DNA of 64,000 nt from a bacterium (GTDB lineage: Bacteria; Sysuimicrobiota; Sysuimicrobiia; Sysuimicrobiales; Humicultoraceae): contig DASYRG010000015.1 in NCBI GenBank assembly GCA_036004665.1, forward strand, positions 1,885 through 65,884. Direction: 5' to 3'. The position numbers were made by a program, and so were the translations under genes. This document shows, piece after piece, positions 9,648 through 17,307 of the stretch. A model generated the notes under the pieces. The model searched no databases and had not been told where the DNA came from. It saw only the letters and a program-made list of their open reading frames with translations. Within the stretch, counting starts at the first letter, position 1; the number at the start of each line of letters is the position of its first letter.

Positions 9648-10544
9648 ATGAGCACGCAGCCGGCCCAGCCGGCTCAACCCACCGCCAAGATCGCGGCCAG
9701 CAAGATCTGGGAAGAGAACGCCGTTCCCCGCCACCGCATCCAGTGGTGCCCGGGCTGCGGGGACTTCGGCGTCCTCAACGCCCTGAAGATGGCCCTGACC
9801 AAGCTGGAGTTGTTGCCGCACGAGGTCTTCCTCATCGGCGGAATCGGGTGCTCCGGGCAGATCCGCAACTACCTCAACGGCTACGGCTTCCACGGCACCC
9901 ACGGCGGTCCGATGGCCTACGCGGTGGGCGTGAAGATGGCCAACCCCAGCCAGCGCGTCATCGCCCTCGCCGGCGACGGCGACACCTTCGCCATCGGCGT
10001 AGAGAACTTCGTGCACGCCTGCCGACGCGATCCGCAGGTGACGCTCATCGTCATGGACAACGGCGTCTATGGCCTCACCACCGGGCAGCGCTCTCCCACG
10101 GCGGGGCTGGGTCAAGACATCAAGGAGTGGTCGGAGGAGTTTCCTCCGCCCTTCAGCTCGCTGCGGCTGGCCCTTGCCTCGGGGGCCACCTTCGTGGCGC
10201 AGTCCTTCTCCGGCGACCCCCGCCACGCCGCCGACGTGTACGTCGCGGCGATGGAGCACCCGGGCTTCGCCTTCGTCAACGACTTCTCGCCCTGCGTCAC
10301 CTACAATAAGTTCAATACCTACGAGTGGTTCAAGGGCCACGTCGAGCACGTCCCCGAGAGCCATGACCCCGCCGACCCGCGGGCCGCGTGGGAGTTGCTG
10401 GCGGATTTCGAGCGCCGGGACCGCCAGCCGCTTGGGGTGATCTACCGCGGTCCGCGCAAGCGGAAGACCTTCAAACCAGTGCCGATCCACACCGAGGAGC
10501 TGGCGAAAGTCGATCTGGAGCCAATGCTGAAGGCTTTTCGCTAG
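9648..10544 (+). CDS. korB: 2-oxoacid:ferredoxin oxidoreductase beta subunit (TPP-binding)
   Basis: WCPGCGDFGVL and GDGD..IG..NF TPP-binding motifs. It lies directly downstream of korA. Confidence 0.9.
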   Translation: MSTQPAQPAQPTAKIAASKIWEENAVPRHRIQWCPGCGDFGVLNALKMALTKLELLPHEVFLIGGIGCSGQIRNYLNGYGFHGTHGGPMAYAVGVKMANPSQRVIALAGDGDTFAIGVENFVHACRRDPQVTLIVMDNGVYGLTTGQRSPTAGLGQDIKEWSEEFPPPFSSLRLALASGATFVAQSFSGDPRHAADVYVAAMEHPGFAFVNDFSPCVTYNKFNTYEWFKGHVEHVPESHDPADPRAAWELLADFERRDRQPLGVIYRGPRKRKTFKPVPIHTEELAKVDLEPMLKAFR

Positions 10545-10625
10545 CCCCTAGGCGGAAGCCAGCGCGTAGCCGATCACTGGGACAGGCCGTCCTTGGACGG
10601 GATCGGCGGCAAAAGCCTCACTCTC

Positions 10626-11624
10626 TTACCCTTTCGGCTGGTGGCGGAGAGTTTCAGGCGGGCGCTCCAGATCGGGCGGCAGTACCGGGAATCGCCACTC
10701 GAGGGGGAAGGCCTGCGGGGGCCAGCAGGCCCGGTCGTCGCACGCCTGCAGCTGAATCGTCCCGCGAATCAGAAGTGGTGCTCCGGACTCCAGCAGCGGT
10801 GCCAGGTCCTGGCGTGACGGGAGCGCCGCGTCAATGGAGACACGCACCGGGCGGCTATAGACGGGAAGCGCCTCCCCAAGCAGGGGGAGCGTCAGCGTCT
10901 CGGCGGGCGCGTACTGCACCATCCCAACCTTGACGTAGGGATTCTCCTCGAGGGTGACCCGCAGTCCTTGATAATCGGTCGACCCAGGGGCATAGACGTG
11001 CACGCCGGGTTTGGGGTGGACGTCCACGAAGAGCGTGAAGACGTTGCCGGGGTATAGCCGCTCCTCCGTGCCGGCCGTGTGCACTTCTAGATACTCCAGG
11101 CGGCGAATCCCTTGCGACTCCGCCGGCGGGGCGGCTTTCCCCATGCGGACCATCAACGTGGCTACCGGCATCCGGTTGATGTAGTGGCCCTCGAAGAACT
11201 TCTGCCGCACCACCCCTTCTACGTCCACCAGAAACGTCCCCGGATGGGGGATCCCGTAATCCCGGCTGGTCGGGTCGATGGTGTCATTGAAGAGCCCGAA
11301 GCGGCGGATGATCGCCGAGTCGGGGTCGGCCAGCATGGGGAAGGTGATGCGCCGCCGATCCGCAAAGTCGCGCAGGATCTCAACCGAATCGTAGCTGATC
11401 GAGCAGAGGCCCAAGCCCTCAGCAGCCAGCCGCTGTCGGTTGCGCTCCAGCTCGACGAGCTGGCCCTTGCAGTAGGGTCACCAGTCCGCGCTGCGGATGA
11501 AGACCAACAGGGCGCCGCCGGGCCCGCGGATCGTCGCGAAGGTCTGCCCGCGGCCGGACTGGTCGGGGGCCTGAAACGGCGGAATCGGTTCCCCCACGCG
11601 CGGTCCACGCTCGGTCTCAGGCAT
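10626..11624 (-). CDS. Redoxin (AhpC/TSA-like) fused to a DsbD N-terminal-like domain. An in-frame TGA at 11480-11478 falls at the position of the first active-site Cys, so this is a candidate selenoprotein; the alternative is a pseudogene or sequencing error.
   Basis: Track ORFs 11478..11741 and 10626..11414 are in the same frame and separated by one TGA. My read-through translation is MPETERGPRVGEPIPPFQAPDQSGRGQTF..LLVFIRSADW-[TGA]-PYCKGQLVELERN..., against the family motif WCPxCxxQL. The C-terminal domain ends in QACDDRACWPP. The ATG at 11624 overlaps the pepF stop (ATGCCTGA). Confidence 0.6.
11447..11463 (-). promoter_or_regulatory. Candidate bacterial SECIS-type hairpin downstream of the in-frame UGA
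   Basis: On the minus strand, CCAGCUC-GUC-GAGCUGG forms a perfect 7-bp stem starting 14 nt after the UGA. A possible outer UGC/GCA helix flanks it. The apical loop contains GU. Confidence 0.4.
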
Positions 11625-13341
11625 AGGGAGTCTTGGCCACCTCCAGGGCCAGCGCGCGTGCCAGCGGCCCCACCGTGGAGTCGTCGAAGGTAAAGCGCGC
11701 TCCTGCCGCCTCGAAGAGGGCAGGCAGCGGCTGAGTTCCACCCAGCGCGAGGGCCTCTCGGTAGCGAGTCACGGCGTCGGCATAGTCGGTGCGGGAACGC
11801 AGCCAGACCTGGAGAGCGCCGAGTTCAGCGAGACCGTATTCAATGTAGTAGAAGGGGTGCAGGAAGATGTGCAGCTGGCGGTGCCACATGTAGGCCAGTT
11901 CTTCATCGTAGCCGGAGTAGTCCACGCCCCGGTGGAAGCGCGTGTAGGTCTCCACCCAGGCAGCGCGGCGTTCCTCGCGCGTGTGGCCCGGGTGCGCATA
12001 GAGCCAATGCTGGAAGGCGTCTACGGTGGCGATCCAGGGGAAGAGGCGGATGATTCCTTCCAGCCGCTCCCGGTAGGCGCGGCGGTAGTCGGTCGGGTTC
12101 GGATAGAACGCCCCCAGGTGCGGTGCGCTGAGCAATTCCATCCCCATGGACGCGACCTCCGCAAACTCCATCGGGGGGTGGCGGTATTCCGCCAGCGGTT
12201 CCTCCCGGGCGGCGATCGCATTGAAAGCGTGCCCGCCTTCGTGCAGGAGGGTGCGGATGTCCTTGTCCAGTCCGACCGCGTTCATGAAAATGAAGGGCCA
12301 GCGCCGCTCCGTCAGATCCGCCTGATAGCCGCCGGGGGCTTTGCCCTTGCGGCTCTCCAGGTCCAGTAGCCCCTGTTCGCGCATGAAGGCGAATTGCTCG
12401 CCCAACTCCGGGTCGACGCGGCGGAAGATCGCCTCGGAATGATCCAGCAGCTCGGCGGTCTGCTCGAAGGGACGCAGGGGCGGGCGGTTGTGAGGATCGA
12501 CGTCGAGGTCCCAGGGGCGCAGCGGGTCGACGCCAAGGACCGTAGCGCGCTCCTGGGTGAGCCGTTCGGCCAGGGGAACGAAGTGGGCTTCCACCGCGTC
12601 ATGGAAGCGCCAGCAGTCCTCGGGGCCGTAGTCGAAGCGTTCGTAGGCGCGAAAGACGTAGTCGCGATAGGACCAGAGCCCCGCGTTGGCGGCGATCTGT
12701 AGACGCACGGCGCTCAGGTGGTCGAAGAGCTCCTCCAGCGTCTCCTTGTCCTGCAGGCGGCGGCGGGCCACCAGCTCCCAGGTCTCCTGGCGCACGGCCC
12801 GCTCGGGCTCCTCCAGGAACTTGGCCATCTGCGGGAGCGTGCGCTCCTCGCCTTTGTAATGCACCGTCATCGCGCCGGCGACTTTCTGGAATTCGGTCTC
12901 CAGTTCGGTTTCTTTCACCTGCAGCGGGATGTTCTCGTCACGAAAGAGCGCGACCCGATTCTCCACACGGCGGTCGAGGAGCCGGTACCGCGCCGGCAGG
13001 GCCGCCCGGTGCACACTTGCCAGGTATGCTTCGTCCAGCCGGTGGAACAGGGTCTTCACCTTGGGTTCGATCTCCTGGACGAAGCTGAGGTAGGCCCGTT
13101 CCCGCTCCGGGTCATCGGTCTGCGAGGTCATCGCGATGTAGCGTCTATTGCGCTCCTCCCAGATGGCTGAGGCCGCCTCGCTGCGGTCCTCCAGCCAGCG
13201 CTCTAACGCCTCCGGCGAGTCGACCCGGCGGTCGGCGAGCTGCGTGCCGATGGCCTCGATCTCCTCCCATCGGCCCATGTCCGCCTCCGCGGGAAGAAAT
13301 CTGCGCGGAAACGCCTTGCGTGGGTCTGTGGTCGTCTTCAT
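11617..13341 (-). CDS. pepF: Oligoendopeptidase F family (M3B zinc metallopeptidase)
   Basis: HEGGHAF zinc motif, about 574 aa, with M3B-type conservation throughout. Confidence 0.85.
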   Translation of the reverse strand: MKTTTDPRKAFPRRFLPAEADMGRWEEIEAIGTQLADRRVDSPEALERWLEDRSEAASAIWEERNRRYIAMTSQTDDPERERAYLSFVQEIEPKVKTLFHRLDEAYLASVHRAALPARYRLLDRRVENRVALFRDENIPLQVKETELETEFQKVAGAMTVHYKGEERTLPQMAKFLEEPERAVRQETWELVARRRLQDKETLEELFDHLSAVRLQIAANAGLWSYRDYVFRAYERFDYGPEDCWRFHDAVEAHFVPLAERLTQERATVLGVDPLRPWDLDVDPHNRPPLRPFEQTAELLDHSEAIFRRVDPELGEQFAFMREQGLLDLESRKGKAPGGYQADLTERRWPFIFMNAVGLDKDIRTLLHEGGHAFNAIAAREEPLAEYRHPPMEFAEVASMGMELLSAPHLGAFYPNPTDYRRAYRERLEGIIRLFPWIATVDAFQHWLYAHPGHTREERRAAWVETYTRFHRGVDYSGYDEELAYMWHRQLHIFLHPFYYIEYGLAELGALQVWLRSRTDYADAVTRYREALALGGTQPLPALFEAAGARFTFDDSTVGPLARALALEVAKTPYA

Positions 13342-13371
13342 GCCGCCTCCCTGTGATGAACTCTCGCGCCT

Positions 13372-15150
13372 CTAGAGAGGGTAGCGTCCAGCCTCGATGA
13401 CACGATCGGCGATGGCGCGCCACTCCGCGACCACGTTCAGCGGCGTGTAGCGAAGGAATCGGCGCAGGCCGGAGAGGGCCGTGCGCAGGTTCTCTCCCTC
13501 CGCGGAGGCCGCCAGGACCTGTCGCGCCAGTCCGTCGATCCGCGGCAGCGCCTCGTGCAGGTAGGCGCGGGCCAGGCGGACCTGGAGCGCCTCCTCCCCA
13601 GACTCGCCGGAGGGAGCCGCCGCAGCCCGAAGGACCGCGCTCTCCATCGCAAAGATCTCGCTCACCATATCGGCCAGCCAGGCGAGGATTTCCTGCTGCT
13701 CCTCGACGGCCGTTCCATGCCGCTGCAGCGCGGCGCCGGCGGTGAAGAGCGCCGCCTTCTTGGCTCCCTCCACCTGAATCCGCTCCGGGCGCAGGCTGCC
13801 GGTGACCTGCCCATCTCCGGGGAGGGGTGGACTGAGCAGGTCGTCCGCCACCGCTCGCGCCGCCGTGATCAGCCCCAGCTGCCCGCGCTGCGCACGGCGC
13901 AGGAGCATGCTCGTAATGAGCAGACGGTTAATCTCGTTGGTGCCCTCGAAGAGGCGATTGATGCGGGCGTCCCGGTAGGCGCGCGCCGCCGGATAGTCTT
14001 CGATGAAGCCGTACCCGCCGTAGATCTGCACCATCTCGTCCACGACGAAGTCGAGCGCCTCGGAGACGAAGACTTTGTTGATGGAGCATTCGACCGCGTA
14101 CTCTTCCAGAGCCGCCATCACCGCGCGGGCGTCGGCGTGCATCCCGCCGAGGGCGCCGTCGACGAGCCCGCCGGTGCGGTAGACCATCGATTCGCTGACG
14201 TACAGCCGCACCGTCATCTGCGCGAGCTTCTGCTTGATCAGACCGAAATCGGCCAGCGGTCTGCCGAACTGGCGACGCTCCTTCGCATAGCCGAGGGCGT
14301 CGCGGAAGGCTACCTTGGCGGCGCCGAGGGCCCCGGCTGCCAGTTTGAAGCGGCCGACGTTGAGGATGTTGAAGGCGACCTTGTGCCCCTGGCCGACCTC
14401 GCCAAGCACGTTCTCCGCGGGCACGCGCGCCTGTTCGAAGAAGAGCGATGCCGTGGAGGAACCCTTGATCCCCATCTTGTGCTCTTCATCTCCTACGGTG
14501 AGTCCCGGCGTCGAACGGTCAACAATGAAGGCGGTGTGGTGCTCCCCATCTACCTTGGCGTAGGTGATGAAGAGATCGGCGAAGGCGGCGTTGGAGATAA
14601 ACTGCTTCGTGCCGGTCAGCAGATACGCGGCACCGTCGGCGCTGCGCGTCGCAGAGGTGCGGATGGCCATCGCGTCTGAGCCCGCGGTCGGCTCGGTGAG
14701 GGCGTAGGCGCCGATCAGCTCCCCGGCGGCGAGGCGGGGCAGGTAGCGGCGTTTCTGCTCGTCGGTGCCGAAAAAGACGATCGGCAGCGTACCGATGCCG
14801 ATGTGCGCCCCCACTGAGACGGCGAACGAGGCCGCTGGGCCGAGATATTCAGTGATGACGAGTGAGGTGATCTTATCCAGCCCCAGGCCGCCGTAGGCCT
14901 CGGGGATCTCCGCGCCCAGGACTCCCAGCTCACCCAGCCGCCGGATCAGCCGCCGGGTCAGCGTCCAGTCCTTTCCTTCTAATACCTGGGTGTGCGGCAG
15001 GACCTCTCGCTCCAGGAACTCCTGGATCGTCCGCGCGGCCAGCCGCTGCTCTTCGTTCAGTCGCTCCGGGATGAAGACCTCATCGGGAGCGGCCTCCTCG
15101 AGAAGAAATCCACCACCGCGCCGGACCGCCGTGGTCTCCTGCGCACTCAT
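13372..15150 (-). CDS. fadE: Acyl-CoA dehydrogenase (long form, FadE-like)
   Basis: ACAD motifs are present (YALTEPTAGSDA, QIYGGYGFIEDYP). It lies downstream of the thiolase, in the same order as B. subtilis fadN-fadA-fadE. Confidence 0.85.
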   Translation of the reverse strand: MSAQETTAVRRGGGFLLEEAAPDEVFIPERLNEEQRLAARTIQEFLEREVLPHTQVLEGKDWTLTRRLIRRLGELGVLGAEIPEAYGGLGLDKITSLVITEYLGPAASFAVSVGAHIGIGTLPIVFFGTDEQKRRYLPRLAAGELIGAYALTEPTAGSDAMAIRTSATRSADGAAYLLTGTKQFISNAAFADLFITYAKVDGEHHTAFIVDRSTPGLTVGDEEHKMGIKGSSTASLFFEQARVPAENVLGEVGQGHKVAFNILNVGRFKLAAGALGAAKVAFRDALGYAKERRQFGRPLADFGLIKQKLAQMTVRLYVSESMVYRTGGLVDGALGGMHADARAVMAALEEYAVECSINKVFVSEALDFVVDEMVQIYGGYGFIEDYPAARAYRDARINRLFEGTNEINRLLITSMLLRRAQRGQLGLITAARAVADDLLSPPLPGDGQVTGSLRPERIQVEGAKKAALFTAGAALQRHGTAVEEQQEILAWLADMVSEIFAMESAVLRAAAAPSGESGEEALQVRLARAYLHEALPRIDGLARQVLAASAEGENLRTALSGLRRFLRYTPLNVVAEWRAIADRVIEAGRYPL

Positions 15151-15165
15151 GACCTCTTCCTCCGC

Positions 15166-16341
15166 TCAGGCCCGCTCGAAGACCCCGGCCGCGCCCATTC
15201 CGCCGCCGACGCACATCGTCACCAGCCCGTAGCGCGCTCCCCGGCGGGCCATCTCATAGAGCAGGGTGGCGGTCATCCGCGCGCCCGTCGCGCCCAGGGG
15301 ATGGCCGATGGCGATGGCGCCCCCGTTGACGTTGAGGCGGGCCTCGTCCAGCTCGAGGGCCCGGACCACGGCGAGGGCCTGGGCGGCAAAGGCTTCGTTC
15401 AACTCGATCAGGTCCACGTCCTCGAGGCGCACCCCCGCCAGCCGCAGCGCCTTGGGAATGGCATCGACCGGGCCGATGCCCATCAGCTCCGGTGGCACTC
15501 CGGCGGTGGCGAACGAGCGGAAGATCCCCAGGGGCCTGACGCCGAGGCGCGCGGCCATCTCATCCGCCATCACGACCACGGCCGCGGCGCCGTCGCTGGT
15601 CTGACTGGCGTTGCCGGCGGTGACGACTCCGTCGCGGGCAAACACGGGAGGCAGCGCGGCCAGACGTTCCAGCGACGTATCCCGGCGCACCCCCTCGTCC
15701 ACGCTGAAGGCGACCTCTGTCGGCTGCGGGCGGCCGTTGCCATCCTCCCACCGGGTCACCGTCAGAGGCAGGATTTCGTCGGTGAAGCGCCCCGCTGCGA
15801 TGGCCGCCGCCGCGCGCTGATGGCTGCGCAGGCCGAAGGCGTCCTGGTCCTCGCGGCTGACGTGGAAGCGGCGCGCCACGTTCTCAGCGGTGAGTCCCAT
15901 CGACAGGAAGACCTCCGGCCACTCCTCTGTGAAGTGGGGGTTGGGCGCGTACTTGTTGCCGGTCATGGGGATGAGCGTCATCGACTCGACGCCGCCGGCG
16001 ACCGCCACGTCCACCTGCCCCAGCATGACCTCGTGGGCGGCGGTGGCGACGGCCTGGAGTCCCGAGGAACAAAACCGGTTGACGGTCTGGGCGGAGGCGC
16101 TCACCGGCAGCCCGGCGCGGAGAGCGGCCACGCGGGCGACATTGAGCCCCTGTTCGGCTTCCGGGATGGCGCAGCCGAGGACCACGTCCTCGACCTGGTC
16201 GCCGGACAGACCCGGGACGCGCCGCACCGCTTCTCGAATGACCGTGGCGGCGAGCTCATCAGGCCGGGTGTCTTTGAGTGCCCCCCGCGGCGACTTGCCG
16301 ATGGGCGTCCGTACCGCTGAAACGATCACCGCATCGCGCAT
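15166..16341 (-). CDS. fadA: Acetyl-CoA C-acyltransferase (thiolase)
   Basis: Thiolase signatures: VNRFCSSGLQA (active-site Cys), NVNGGAIAIGHPLGATG, and CVGGGMG at the C-terminus. Confidence 0.92.
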   Translation of the reverse strand: MRDAVIVSAVRTPIGKSPRGALKDTRPDELAATVIREAVRRVPGLSGDQVEDVVLGCAIPEAEQGLNVARVAALRAGLPVSASAQTVNRFCSSGLQAVATAAHEVMLGQVDVAVAGGVESMTLIPMTGNKYAPNPHFTEEWPEVFLSMGLTAENVARRFHVSREDQDAFGLRSHQRAAAAIAAGRFTDEILPLTVTRWEDGNGRPQPTEVAFSVDEGVRRDTSLERLAALPPVFARDGVVTAGNASQTSDGAAAVVVMADEMAARLGVRPLGIFRSFATAGVPPELMGIGPVDAIPKALRLAGVRLEDVDLIELNEAFAAQALAVVRALELDEARLNVNGGAIAIGHPLGATGARMTATLLYEMARRGARYGLVTMCVGGGMGAAGVFERA

Positions 16342-16365
16342 CCGATGCCCACCTCACGCCGTAGC

Positions 16366-16665
16366 CTACCTTCCCAGGATTCCGCCTACAGCATACCCGA
16401 TCAGACCTGCCGCTAAGGTCAGGAGCAGCGACCGGAAGGGGACGGACAGCAGCGAGGCGACGAAGGCCGCCAGGATCGGCGTCGATGCCCTCAGAGTCCC
16501 GTCGGCGCTGACCAGGGGCAGCACGGCCAGACCGGCAAAGAGCGGCGCGGGAATCCTCTCCAGAATGCCTCGCAGCCACCCGGGTGGAGGGGGCATCAGG
16601 ACCAGGGCGGCGGCGCGGCTGCCGTAGGTCATCGCGCCGAGAGCGAGGATCAGGAGGAGGCTCAT
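16366..16665 (-). CDS. azlD: AzlD-family branched-chain amino-acid transport protein
   Basis: Small hydrophobic protein starting MSLLLILALGAMTYGSRAAALV. The internal ATG at 16665 gives an ATGA overlap with the azlC stop. Confidence 0.7.
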   Translation of the reverse strand: MSLLLILALGAMTYGSRAAALVLMPPPPGWLRGILERIPAPLFAGLAVLPLVSADGTLRASTPILAAFVASLLSVPFRSLLLTLAAGLIGYAVGGILGR

Positions 16666-17306
16666 TCCGGCCCGCCTCGATGGGGGGGAAGCGCCACCAG
16701 CAGCGCCGCGATCGCAGGCGCCACCCCTCGCCACGGCGGCCACAGGAGGGCCAGGGCGAGGGCGATGGCCGCTGCGGCGCCGGCCCGCACCAGGAGATGC
16801 CCCCGGTTGGCGGAGATCGCCGCCAGCCCCACAAACAGGACCGGAAACACCGCTTCCGATATCCCCCGCAGTTCAGTCAGCGCGGCCCCGAGGGTGCCGA
16901 TCCACGTCCCCAGTGTCCAGGAGACGTAGGCGAGGACGCCGGTGACCAGAAGGATCAGACTGGCATCGGCTCGGGTGGCCAGAGCCAGCCCCGCCGATTC
17001 GTCGATCATGAACCAGGCCAGCGCCGCCCGCCGGAGGGGAGAGCCGGGCAGGCGCGGTCGCAGCGCCGCGCCGAGGAGAAGGTGCCGCAGGTTCAGCGTG
17101 ACGGCGGTAATCAGGATGGCGGAGAGGGGCGCAGCGGTGACCAGGAGGCTGGCCAGAGCAAACTGCAGCGATCCCGAGAAGATGATCAGCGACGCCAGCA
17201 CGGCGGGACCGGCCCCGACCAGCGGCACGGCGGTGGCCCCGTAGATGGTCCCGAAGACGGCGATGGCCAGCGCGACGGGCAGCGCCGCGACGAGGCTTTG
17301 ACGCAC
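16662..17306 (-). CDS. azlC: AzlC-family branched-chain amino-acid exporter/permease
   Basis: 214-aa polytopic membrane protein paired with azlD. Its GTG start lies 1 nt after the fadN stop. Confidence 0.7.
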   Translation of the reverse strand: MRQSLVAALPVALAIAVFGTIYGATAVPLVGAGPAVLASLIIFSGSLQFALASLLVTAAPLSAILITAVTLNLRHLLLGAALRPRLPGSPLRRAALAWFMIDESAGLALATRADASLILLVTGVLAYVSWTLGTWIGTLGAALTELRGISEAVFPVLFVGLAAISANRGHLLVRAGAAAAIALALALLWPPWRGVAPAIAALLVALPPHRGGPE

Positions 17307-17307
17307 C

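Noticed and set aside
6851-10309. A 1152-aa ORF on the plus strand, plus the 612-aa ORF 8652..10490 on the minus strand.
   Set aside because: The translations are Arg/Gly/Pro/Ala/His-rich low-complexity strings with no motifs. They overlap livM, korA and korB, which have clear signatures in other frames. These are typical shadow ORFs of GC-rich DNA.
10569-10607. A hairpin (GCCGATC...CCGTCC-tt-GGACGG-GATCGGC) between the convergent korB and redoxin genes, as a bidirectional terminator.
   Set aside because: The stem is asymmetric, with an 11-nt internal loop. There is no U-tract on either strand in the correct position. I did not call it a terminator.
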